Positions 44,182 to 53,214 of a stretch of DNA of 64,000 nt are shown piece by piece. Each line of letters starts with the position of its first letter. Position 1 is the first letter of the stretch. The stretch is from an uncultured Lachnospiraceae bacterium. GTDB taxonomy: Bacteria > Bacillota > Clostridia > Christensenellales > UBA1242. The stretch covers positions 1,256 through 65,255 of the forward strand of contig CAZYDU010000004.1 of NCBI GenBank assembly GCA_964646345.1, in the 5' to 3' direction. The notes under the pieces are model-generated. The model searched no databases, was not told where the DNA came from, and saw nothing but the letters and a program-made list of their open reading frames with translations. The translations under genes were made by a program, and so were the position numbers.

Positions 44182-45512
44182 AAACACTAGTCAAATATAT
44201 TTCTAATTTTAAATTTAACAATAATGCAAGTGATGATAATTTACAAATAGAATATTTTGAAAATATTAATTTAGATAATGGCGAAATTACTTCCGAACTA
44301 AAGCAAGGCGATTTATTTTATGATTTATTTGGAGAAGTTATTTCAAATCAAATCAAAAATATTAATAACGAATTATTAAATAAAACAATAGAAATAATTC
44401 CGTATGAATATTTTGACGAGATAATAAACAATAAAATATTAAGATTATTTATTCTAACAAATAATTATGAATTATATGAATTAGATAATGAATCATATCT
44501 TTTCAAAGTTATACATCAATTCACAAATAAGCCAAACATTATTTTCAATAAAAGCAATTTATATTATTTTGACAAAAACGAGTGTATGATTGTTGATTTA
44601 AGCAATTTAGTTCTAATTGAAAACTTACCACAAATCAATTCATACGTAGAATATAACAACCAATTATTTTTTACTACAGACGCACCTTTCAATATCTTCC
44701 AGTGTGAAGAAATTGAGTTTAAAAATTTATCAAACAATTTAAACATTTATAATAACTACAAAACCAATTTAGAAAATGGCGAAATATTAAAGGTAATCCT
44801 ATTAAAAAATAAATTATATGCTATAACTGAATACACCATTTTAAAGTATGATTCTGATTACGACAAATTTATTAAGCAAAATGATTTAAAACTTTGCATC
44901 TACAAAAACACCATTGAAATAATAGATAATAAGGTTTTATTTTACACAACAAATGGACTATATTCTTTTGATGGAAACAATATTGAACTAACATCAAATA
45001 GTCTGTTAGATATTAATAAAAACGCAAAATCAGTTTGTTTTAATCAAAATTATTACATATTTTCGCCAAATCATGTGAATTTTTTGTATAAATTTAATCT
45101 CCAAAATAATTATTTAATTCCTTTAAAATTAAATAATATTAAAAATTTTTATGTAATAAGTTCAAATAGTATTTACAACCTTTGCATTTGTCAACTCATA
45201 GAAAATACTTATAAAAATATAACTCTATATAATTTAAATTCAAATTCATTTATCAAACAACAATTAGCATTTAAATCTTCTTTTTTTGGTTCAGCTAAAA
45301 CAAAACAAATCAAGAATATTATTTTAAAATCTGAAGGCGAATTTTTATTTACTATCAAATCAGATATTAGCGAAACTTGTTTCTACGTTTCCAGTCCAAC
45401 AAGTTTTAGAAATTTATCTTTAAATGGAAATATTTTTACTATAGAAATTTCAACTCAAAATTATTTTAAACTTAAATCAATTTTGATTGAGTATAGTGAA
45501 GTGGGGGAATAA
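44178..45512 (+). CDS. Hypothetical structural-module protein (444 aa), beta-rich, N/I/K/Y-rich
   Basis: Translationally coupled on both sides. No motif recognised. Confidence 0.55.
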   Translation: MKTLVKYISNFKFNNNASDDNLQIEYFENINLDNGEITSELKQGDLFYDLFGEVISNQIKNINNELLNKTIEIIPYEYFDEIINNKILRLFILTNNYELYELDNESYLFKVIHQFTNKPNIIFNKSNLYYFDKNECMIVDLSNLVLIENLPQINSYVEYNNQLFFTTDAPFNIFQCEEIEFKNLSNNLNIYNNYKTNLENGEILKVILLKNKLYAITEYTILKYDSDYDKFIKQNDLKLCIYKNTIEIIDNKVLFYTTNGLYSFDGNNIELTSNSLLDINKNAKSVCFNQNYYIFSPNHVNFLYKFNLQNNYLIPLKLNNIKNFYVISSNSIYNLCICQLIENTYKNITLYNLNSNSFIKQQLAFKSSFFGSAKTKQIKNIILKSEGEFLFTIKSDISETCFYVSSPTSFRNLSLNGNIFTIEISTQNYFKLKSILIEYSEVGE

Positions 45513-46528
45513 TGTCAATCTCAAAATCTATTGTAAAACTTGAAAATAAGGTTGAACAATTAGAAGAAAATCTTAATAAATTGCAATCTAAAACCAAAGA
45601 TATGATAAGCGATATTGGGTTCACAGTTTATACAAAAAATCTTTTAAATTTAAATATTATTAATAATTACAAATTTCGATTAAGAACGCTTGATAATACA
45701 AATAAAAATTCTCAATTTTTTCAAGTTAAAATTCGATTTTTAAATTATTCAGAACAAGATGTCACTTTTAATTTATTTGCCGATAACTTACAAATTGTAA
45801 GCGATACCCAAACCTACAATAAGGGTATAAATGAAGCTGTTATCTATGGGACATATTCTAATTTAATTAGCGATAAAATAATAATTGAACTTCAAGTTAA
45901 ACCACGTGCAAATAAACAACTAACAATACTAAACACAACAATGACTATTTGGGGAAGCTTTCAAAAAAATGACTCAGAATATTCCGCTTCAGAAACCGAT
46001 TCAAAATATTTCATTTCTTATATATCAAACAATAGACTTTATTATAAATATTTTAACAAAAGTCAAAATGCTAATAACCTTGATTTTACATTTTATGAAG
46101 AAGCTATTTCACATTCAACTTGCACCTTAAATGGAAACATCTACTTATTTAGAGTTAACTTAGATGGGAATTTATTTTTTAGCAATATAAACTCATTCGA
46201 TGAAAATTTTATATGCAATGATGTGAGCAATGTTTCATGTTGTGCAAATGCAGACACAATAATTTTTTGCTACATTAAACAAAACAAATGCTATTATGGA
46301 GAAATCAAAAACAATGTCGTTATTTCTAACAATACACTAACAACACCTTTTGGTTTGTATAAGGCTTGCTATATATATTTTAATTTTAGCAATAGTAAAT
46401 TTTATATAGTTGCAACAAATAGCAAAAATAACAATTATTTACTTGAAAGCATTTCAGAAACAAATAGCTCAAGCGAAAACATCTCAGCAAATGCAACTTT
46501 AACCATCGATGAAATAGGAGACACTTAA
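45512..46528 (+). CDS. Hypothetical structural-module protein (338 aa) with an N-terminal coiled coil
   Basis: The N-terminus KLENKVEQLEENLNKLQSKTKDM has a heptad pattern and is followed by a beta-rich region. It has a TAATG junction with the upstream gene. Confidence 0.55.
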   Translation: MSISKSIVKLENKVEQLEENLNKLQSKTKDMISDIGFTVYTKNLLNLNIINNYKFRLRTLDNTNKNSQFFQVKIRFLNYSEQDVTFNLFADNLQIVSDTQTYNKGINEAVIYGTYSNLISDKIIIELQVKPRANKQLTILNTTMTIWGSFQKNDSEYSASETDSKYFISYISNNRLYYKYFNKSQNANNLDFTFYEEAISHSTCTLNGNIYLFRVNLDGNLFFSNINSFDENFICNDVSNVSCCANADTIIFCYIKQNKCYYGEIKNNVVISNNTLTTPFGLYKACYIYFNFSNSKFYIVATNSKNNNYLLESISETNSSSENISANATLTIDEIGDT

Positions 46529-46529
46529 A

Positions 46530-48521
46530 ATGAAATTTTCATTTCACAATAAAATCAACATCAAAGTCAGCAATAGAGAGTATGTATTTTATAACTCAAT
46601 TCTTGAGAATCTTTTGGAAAAATTATCTAGTTTCGATAGCTTTAATAATTACTTAGCACTTGGAAACGGAGAAGAAAACCCAAACGCCCAAAATCAATAT
46701 CACTTAACAAACTTTATCGCAAGAACAAAATATTCTTCAAAACAAATTCAGAGCAACATTAGCAAAGGTACACTATTTACAACATTAGAATATAAATTAA
46801 ATAAAAGTCAGCTTAACTGCAACCACTTAACTGAAGCAGGTTTATGTGATAATAGCGACAACCCTAAAATTTATAACTATTTTTCTTTTATATCAAGTGA
46901 TACACCAAACGGTATTAATATAACAAATAGCGAAGAAATTGCAATAGCTGTAACAATTTATCTAACAATATCAGAGAATGACGATATTTTGCTTACATCA
47001 GGCAACAACAAATTCATCGAATATTTACTAGGAAACGGACTGGGTGAAGTTAGGGTATGCAGTGGTTCAAATTATGCAGATAACACAAGAATCTCAAGAA
47101 AAATCACAAACACTCAAGAAACATATACATGTGAAAAAAGTGCAACAATAACAAATAATTCTCTTGCCATTTCGTTTGTTGCTGAACTAAAAATTGGTGA
47201 AATCAATGAAATTGTATTCTTAATAGATAATGAAGTTTTTGCAAGGAAAAATGTAAAAGAATTTAAGCCAGTTATTAGTAGTGAAACAATACTAGAACCA
47301 AAAGCGAACTATGTTGTTAAAATTGATGAAGATATAAAATCCATTTTAGAAGTAAGCAAAACATCAGATAATATGGTAGAGACAAACTATTTCGTTTCCA
47401 AATTCGCAAACTCGTTTGGCGATGAAGTTTACCTTCCATTCAATAATTTATTCGATTCTACTACCAGTAGATTTATTTCAAAAGATGGTAAATTAATATT
47501 TTTCATACTAAACAATAAAGTTTATTGTTATAAAAATGAAAATTATATCTTAACAGAAATCAACACGAGAGAAATAACCGAAGATAATATTACAAAAATA
47601 ATCGCATTCGATAATTTCATTTTTATAATTTCGTCAATTAGTCCATACATTTCAACATATATTATTGAAAATGACAGAATAAAAAATGTAAACAACGACT
47701 TTAGTTCATTCGAAAAAAATTCAGAATTACAAACTATTCAACAAATTGACATTTCAAGAGCAATAAATGGAAATTTTTTGATTGGCATGCTAACAAACGC
47801 AAGCACTGCACTAACAATTTATGCAACATGTAATGAAGAAACCGGATTTTCTGTTAACAGTTATTTAGAAAACAGCAAGAAATTTAATTATGTTCTTGCT
47901 ATGCATAAAAATAATTTTTGTGACGCACAAATGATTTATCTTAGAGAAGGCGAGTCATCAGCATCTTGCAGAATTGTTACACATTCTTCGTCTGCAACAG
48001 AAACCGATGTATATTCAATTCTTGCATACGAGCTAACAAATAATTCAACCAAAATTTATACAAAAGACAGAGCAATTATTTCCGAGAAAAACACATCTCC
48101 AAATATTGTGATTTACTACTATCCACAAGTATATAAATATGAGTTACCAATAATATCAAATGAACTTAAAGATTATGTATCAAATAATTTAAACTATATT
48201 ATTCAAAAAAACGAAAATAATCAGTACTCCGTTTATAATTTGATAGGCTATGATTCTCCAGAAGAATTTACCAATAATATTTCTTCATTGGTTAACACAT
48301 CAAAGATTGTTGATTTTGAATTTTTACAAGACACTTTACTAATCTTCTTAAATAATGACAAACAAAATATTGTCGCATATAATCTAAATTTAAATAAAAC
48401 TCAAATTGAAAATGTCTCAGAAAAAGAAGCATCATATCTAATTAAATATAACAAGTATAATAAGCTCGGTTGGAACAACGAAACTGTTAAATTTAAATTT
48501 ATTTCACAGGTGAATCTATGA
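46530..48521 (+). CDS. Hypothetical structural-module protein (663 aa), possible fibre or receptor-binding protein
   Basis: The N-terminal segment YLALGNGEENPNAQNQYHLTNFIARTKY resembles the conserved aiGdGnG...L.nE..R motif of phage tail-fibre N-terminal domains. This is a weak match. Confidence 0.5.
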   Translation: MKFSFHNKINIKVSNREYVFYNSILENLLEKLSSFDSFNNYLALGNGEENPNAQNQYHLTNFIARTKYSSKQIQSNISKGTLFTTLEYKLNKSQLNCNHLTEAGLCDNSDNPKIYNYFSFISSDTPNGINITNSEEIAIAVTIYLTISENDDILLTSGNNKFIEYLLGNGLGEVRVCSGSNYADNTRISRKITNTQETYTCEKSATITNNSLAISFVAELKIGEINEIVFLIDNEVFARKNVKEFKPVISSETILEPKANYVVKIDEDIKSILEVSKTSDNMVETNYFVSKFANSFGDEVYLPFNNLFDSTTSRFISKDGKLIFFILNNKVYCYKNENYILTEINTREITEDNITKIIAFDNFIFIISSISPYISTYIIENDRIKNVNNDFSSFEKNSELQTIQQIDISRAINGNFLIGMLTNASTALTIYATCNEETGFSVNSYLENSKKFNYVLAMHKNNFCDAQMIYLREGESSASCRIVTHSSSATETDVYSILAYELTNNSTKIYTKDRAIISEKNTSPNIVIYYYPQVYKYELPIISNELKDYVSNNLNYIIQKNENNQYSVYNLIGYDSPEEFTNNISSLVNTSKIVDFEFLQDTLLIFLNNDKQNIVAYNLNLNKTQIENVSEKEASYLIKYNKYNKLGWNNETVKFKFISQVNL

Positions 48522-48769
48522 TTTTTTCTGATAAAATTTATAAAATAATTGATGGCGAAAATGTATCATTATTTTCAACTGATAACAATAAATTAAACTT
48601 ATATATTTTAAATAAATCAATAAAAAAATATATAATTTCAACAAATTTAAATGCAAATTGCGTTTTTTGTGATAATTTTAATGGTCAAAAAATAATTGAA
48701 TTAAATGATAATTTTATAGCTATAGGCAGTAATGATTTTATTACAATTATAAACAAAAATGATTTATGA
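48518..48769 (+). CDS. Small hypothetical protein (83 aa)
   Basis: ATGA overlap with the upstream gene. No motif recognised. Confidence 0.45.
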   Translation: MIFSDKIYKIIDGENVSLFSTDNNKLNLYILNKSIKKYIISTNLNANCVFCDNFNGQKIIELNDNFIAIGSNDFITIINKNDL

Positions 48770-48835
48770 GAAAATTATATCAAATAAATCAAATCAAACT
48801 CATTTTTTCTTTAATAAATAAAATAAGGGGGACAA

Positions 48836-49531
48836 ATGAAATTAAAAGATAAGATTAAATCGTATAGTTTTTGGGTGAGCATAGCAAGTGCTGTAATTCT
48901 TATATTGAAAGTTCTTGGTAACCGCTTTGGCTTTACCGTAGACGAAAGCATGATTAGTGATATTTTCACGGCACTATGCAGTGTACTAGTTTTACTTGGA
49001 ATAATTGTTATACCACAATCTCCAAATCAAACCACTTCAACTAAACAGGATATAAATCAACAACTCGAAGAAACGATGAACGAAAATAACGATACAACAA
49101 ACACAAACAATAATGACGTTAGCAGTATAATCAATATAGAAGAACCAGTCTTAAAATGTAAGGAAGACAATGATACAATCATTGAAGATAACACTAAGTA
49201 TTCAACCAATGATAATACAGACTCAGAAATCAAAATAATTGATAACTTACAAGAAATCGTCATTGCCAAACAAAATGAAAATAGTGAAAACATTGAAAAT
49301 TTAACAACAGAAAGCATAGATAATTTTAATTTAACAGGCACAAATGATATAAATTTAATCCAAGAGTGCAATCAAGATAATTTTGAAGAACAGTTAAATA
49401 ACGAAAATAATTCAAACAATGATAATTTAAAATCAACTCTAAATTATTTAAGAGAAAACTTTTCTTCAGATATTGACAAGTATATTTTTGAATTAGAAGA
49501 AGAACTTAGAAAAATTAAAGAAAGTAGATAA
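48836..49531 (+). CDS. Holin-like protein (phi LC3/Phage_holin_1-type N-terminal domain) with a long acidic Asn-rich C-terminal extension
   Basis: SD AAGGGGGA. The N-terminus KDKIKSYSFWVSIASAVILILKVLGNRFGFTVDES..IFTALCSVLVLLGIIVIP matches the two-TM pattern K.K.K...FW.....l.li..v...FGf.......i......L.lLGii.dP of Gram-positive phage holins. It is followed by about 165 aa of D/E/N-rich sequence. Confidence 0.6.
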   Translation: MKLKDKIKSYSFWVSIASAVILILKVLGNRFGFTVDESMISDIFTALCSVLVLLGIIVIPQSPNQTTSTKQDINQQLEETMNENNDTTNTNNNDVSSIINIEEPVLKCKEDNDTIIEDNTKYSTNDNTDSEIKIIDNLQEIVIAKQNENSENIENLTTESIDNFNLTGTNDINLIQECNQDNFEEQLNNENNSNNDNLKSTLNYLRENFSSDIDKYIFELEEELRKIKESR

Positions 49532-49546
49532 AAACAAATAAAACGG

Positions 49547-49575
49547 GGAAGCATTAAATTGCTTCTCTTTTTTTA
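49547..49575 (+). terminator. Rho-independent terminator closing the phage-like operon
   Basis: Stem GGAAGCA/TGCTTCT (one G-U pair), loop TTAAAT, then T7. Confidence 0.7.
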
Positions 49576-49679
49576 TTGCATTAAAATACTTGATTTTCTT
49601 TGGCTTGTATAATATAATAACCTTAACAATTAAAGTTTTTTTTAATATTTTAATTCGTAATGAATGTTAGTGAGGTTTT

Positions 49680-50705
49680 ATGTCTTACAAGAATACTATG
49701 AAACTATTTGTTTCTAATTTTGCACTTGCATGGAAACAGCTTGTGTATTTATTGATTTGTGCATTTTTATTTGCACTCTGCTCATACACTTTAGTGTCTC
49801 CTGTTATAACTATTTTAAGGGAAGCAGGACTTTTTGGAGAGATTAAAAACTTAATGAATTTGTTTTACAATAATCCAAAAGACATCGCTATGACTTTGAG
49901 TGAAGTTGTAAAATTAGTGTTAAATTCAATCTGGCACAATTTTTCAAAAATTTATCTAAATTTAATTTTTACACTAATCCTATGCATAATTTTACCATAT
50001 ATATTGAGTCAAGCATCAGTATATAATTTATCATCAATCCTTTATCAAAAATTCACAATGAATATGGAAGTTGGATACTGCCAAAACTTTTTAAGCAATT
50101 TTTGGAAAGCTATTAGATTTGGTTTAGTTTCATTTGTATTCTCATTGCCATTTTTTGCAATCAATATTTTGCTAATCATAACATATATTTTAATTGCAAA
50201 CAGCATGTTGAAAGCTATCATTGGGCTTATAATTTTATCATTACTATCTTTAATTGTTAGCTCATGCAAACTCACTTTGTTTACGCATTTCACAGGAAGT
50301 GTTGTTGCCAATGAATCAAATCCTTTCTCTACATTTTTAAAAAGTTTTTCGATATCTTTGAAGAATTTTTGGAAAATCACAGGCTATAGCGTCGCTGTTA
50401 TTTTAACATCTATTTTAATTAATGGGGTAATTGGATTATTCACTTTCTTTGCAGGACTCGTATTCACAATTCCAGCAACATTTGTTCTTATGTGTATCTT
50501 TAAACTTGTCATTTACTTAAATATAAATGGAAATAGATATTATTTAAGCAACTCAATAATTTACAATCCACAAAAATATGTTGTTAAAAAGGACGACTAT
50601 GTATCAACATTTATTCCACCTGAAGAAACAAAGGAAATCACAACAACGAAAATGAAGAAAAAATTTAAAACAAAAACTTTAACAAAAAAATCAAATAAAA
50701 AATAA
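49680..50705 (+). CDS. Polytopic membrane protein with a Lys-rich C-terminal tail, unknown function (341 aa)
   Basis: SD GTGAGG before the ATG. It has about 6-7 hydrophobic helices. No family recognised with confidence. Confidence 0.6.
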   Translation: MSYKNTMKLFVSNFALAWKQLVYLLICAFLFALCSYTLVSPVITILREAGLFGEIKNLMNLFYNNPKDIAMTLSEVVKLVLNSIWHNFSKIYLNLIFTLILCIILPYILSQASVYNLSSILYQKFTMNMEVGYCQNFLSNFWKAIRFGLVSFVFSLPFFAINILLIITYILIANSMLKAIIGLIILSLLSLIVSSCKLTLFTHFTGSVVANESNPFSTFLKSFSISLKNFWKITGYSVAVILTSILINGVIGLFTFFAGLVFTIPATFVLMCIFKLVIYLNINGNRYYLSNSIIYNPQKYVVKKDDYVSTFIPPEETKEITTTKMKKKFKTKTLTKKSNKK

Positions 50706-50721
50706 AATTAAAAAGGAAAAT

Positions 50722-52614
50722 ATGGAAGAAATTAATCAAAATAATCAATCAATCAAAAAAAGAACATTTACCGAAACTGAACAAAGTGCGGGTTCATATA
50801 ATGTCGGACTAAAGAAAAATACAAAAAATATTTCACAAAGACAAAAACAACAAGTTTTAAATCATTTAAAAGAAGTTAATCCTGACATAAACTTAGAAAA
50901 TATGGCTCAAGAACAACTTTTAACAGCAAAAACAACAAACAATAATAGAAGATATCCAAAAAATGCTGGCAACAAAGTAAAAATAATTTTCCTTGGCGGT
51001 GTTGGAGAAATTGGAAAAAATATCACTGCGATTGAGTACGGCAATGATATAATTGTTATTGACTGCGGACTTGCTTTTCCTAGCGAAGATATGCCTGGAG
51101 TTGACTTGGTAATCCCTGATTTTACTTATTTAAAAGAAAATGCCAGCAAGGTTAAAGGAATTTTAATTACTCACGGACACGAAGACCATATCGGAAGTTT
51201 GCCATATCTTTTAAGAGATGTTAAAGCTCCAATTTATGGAAGCCAAATGTCATTAACTTTAATTGATAACAAATTACGTGAACACAAATTAACAGGCATT
51301 AAAGGAATTTGCGTAAAACCTGGTTATGTTGTAAAGGTAGGGTGTTTTACTGTTGAGTTTGTAAAAGTTAACCACTCAATTCCTGGAGCATTTGCTCTTT
51401 CAATCGATACTCCAGCTGGAACAATTTTCCATACTGGCGATTTTAAAATTGACTTTGAACCTATTGACGGCGAAGTTATTGATCTTGCAAGAATTGCAGA
51501 AATCGGAAGAAAAGGCGTTACACTTATGATGGGCGAAAGCACAAACGTTGAACGTCCTGGTTACACAATTTCTGAAAAACGTGTTGGCGAAAATCTTGAA
51601 AAAGTCTTCCTTGAAAATAGTGATAGACGTATTTTTGTGGCAACATTCTCAAGTAATATCTATAGAGTTGAACAAATCATTGAGCTTGCAATAAAATATA
51701 ACAGACGAGTTGCCGTTGTTGGAAGAAGTATGATTAACAACATTGATGCAGGCATGAAAATTGGTGCTTTTAAATTTGACAAAAGTGTATTTATAGATAT
51801 TGAAAAAATCGGTATGCTTGAAGATAAAAATGTTTTGGTGCTTTCAACTGGCAGTCAAGGCGAACCAACCAGTGCTTTATCTAGACTTGCAAATGGCGAA
51901 TTTACAAAGGTTGAAATAGGCGATAATGATACAGTAATTTTCTCAAGCTCACCAATTCCTGGCAATGAAAACATGATCAATGCTGTTATTAATAATCTTT
52001 ACAGAAAAGGTGCTATTGTTGTAACTGAAAACGTACACTCATCAGGTCACGCTTGCCAAGAAGAAATCAAAACTATTCACAATTTGCTTAACCCAAAATT
52101 CTTTATACCTATTCACGGCGAATACAGACATTTAAAAGAACACATCTTATTGTCAGAAAAAATAGGATTACCAAAAACCAATTCAATTATTCCAGAAATT
52201 GGAAACGTTGTTGAACTTACAAAAAACACAATGGTATTAAAAGGAAACATTCAAGCTGGAGAGCAACTTGTTGACGGTCTTGGTATTGGCGATGTTGGAA
52301 GCGTAGTTCTTCGTGACAGAAAGCTTTTATCAGAGGACGGACTTGTTATTGTTGTTTTGGGAGTATCAGATTCAACAGGAGAGCTTGTTAGTGAACCTTA
52401 TCTTATTACTCGTGGTTTCGTGTATACTGGTGAAGCTGAAAAATTAAGTGAAGAAGCAAAACTTGTTTTGCATGACACTATTGCAACAATGAATTTTAGA
52501 GAAAATCACGATTGGAATGAAATTAGAAACCAAATCAGAAAACCACTCAGAAACTTCTTCTACAAAAAAACAATGAGAACCCCTATGATTTTACCAATCG
52601 TATTCAGGGTATAG
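50722..52614 (+). CDS. rnj: Ribonuclease J with an N-terminal basic extension of about 85 aa
   Basis: Metallo-beta-lactamase motif ITHGHEDHIG. Conserved blocks GGVGEIGKN, HTGDFKID, FSSSPIPGNE, HSSGHACQEE, PIHGEYRHL and RGFVY are collinear with Bacillus RNase J1. SD AAAGGAAAA precedes the first ATG. Confidence 0.9.
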   Translation: MEEINQNNQSIKKRTFTETEQSAGSYNVGLKKNTKNISQRQKQQVLNHLKEVNPDINLENMAQEQLLTAKTTNNNRRYPKNAGNKVKIIFLGGVGEIGKNITAIEYGNDIIVIDCGLAFPSEDMPGVDLVIPDFTYLKENASKVKGILITHGHEDHIGSLPYLLRDVKAPIYGSQMSLTLIDNKLREHKLTGIKGICVKPGYVVKVGCFTVEFVKVNHSIPGAFALSIDTPAGTIFHTGDFKIDFEPIDGEVIDLARIAEIGRKGVTLMMGESTNVERPGYTISEKRVGENLEKVFLENSDRRIFVATFSSNIYRVEQIIELAIKYNRRVAVVGRSMINNIDAGMKIGAFKFDKSVFIDIEKIGMLEDKNVLVLSTGSQGEPTSALSRLANGEFTKVEIGDNDTVIFSSSPIPGNENMINAVINNLYRKGAIVVTENVHSSGHACQEEIKTIHNLLNPKFFIPIHGEYRHLKEHILLSEKIGLPKTNSIIPEIGNVVELTKNTMVLKGNIQAGEQLVDGLGIGDVGSVVLRDRKLLSEDGLVIVVLGVSDSTGELVSEPYLITRGFVYTGEAEKLSEEAKLVLHDTIATMNFRENHDWNEIRNQIRKPLRNFFYKKTMRTPMILPIVFRV

Positions 52615-52618
52615 AACT

Positions 52619-53212
52619 ATGTATGAAGATATAAAAAATTATGCTGAAAAATACGCTGTACCAATAATGCGAAATGAAACAAGCAAAATTATTTCAGAGT
52701 TTGTTAAAAAACAACAACCTAAAAATATTTTGGAAATTGGAACAGCTATTGGATACAGCGGAATAGTTATGCTCAATAGTTCACAAGCAAACTTAATCAC
52801 TATTGAACACAATAAACAATACATAAAACAAGCTAAGCAAAATTTTAAGCAATACAAAATAACAAAACGCGTTAAACTCTTAGATGGCGATTGTTTAGTA
52901 ATTCTCGCTAACATGGCTGTCAATGAAAAATATTTAAATTATTTTGATTTAATATTTTTAGATGGTCCAAAGGCACAATACATAAACATGCTGGAGCTAA
53001 TTTTATTATTGTTAAAACCAAATGGAACACTTATTGTTGACGATGTGTTGTTTCATAAAAATTTAAACAGCGAAGGAAAGGTATCAAAAAGATTTAAAAC
53101 AATAGAAAACCGCTTGTCAATGTTTATTGATAGCTTGAAAAATCATAGCAAAATTTCCAAATTTGAATTAAAAGAAATCGAAGACGGCTTAATTTTTGCA
53201 CAAAAAGGATAA
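52619..53212 (+). CDS. trmR: SAM-dependent O-methyltransferase, YrrM/TrmR-like (tRNA mo5U34 methyltransferase family)
   Basis: ILEIGTAIGYSG (SAM motif I), IFLDGPKAQY and LIVDDVLF are collinear with B. subtilis YrrM. It is adjacent to a U32 peptidase-family gene, as in Bacillus. Confidence 0.7.
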   Translation: MYEDIKNYAEKYAVPIMRNETSKIISEFVKKQQPKNILEIGTAIGYSGIVMLNSSQANLITIEHNKQYIKQAKQNFKQYKITKRVKLLDGDCLVILANMAVNEKYLNYFDLIFLDGPKAQYINMLELILLLLKPNGTLIVDDVLFHKNLNSEGKVSKRFKTIENRLSMFIDSLKNHSKISKFELKEIEDGLIFAQKG

Positions 53213-53214
53213 AA

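Larger units (their letters stand above)
37579..49575 (+). mobile_element. Phage-derived packaging/head (+ orphan) gene module with no recognisable integrase, replication or lysogeny genes
   Basis: The order is TerL - TerS-like - portal - scaffold - major capsid, followed by overlapping ORFs (ATGA/TAATG junctions at 43624, 44178, 45512 and 48518), a holin-like gene and a terminator at 49547-49575. Confidence 0.7.

Noticed and set aside
44179-48521. Alternative genetic code (TGA = Trp, as in Mycoplasma-like low-GC lineages)
   Set aside because: TGA terminates two well-supported coupled ORFs (44179-44181 and 48519-48521, each within an ATGA overlap). Trp in conserved motifs (G-W-Y, RNase J, LepA) is encoded by TGG.
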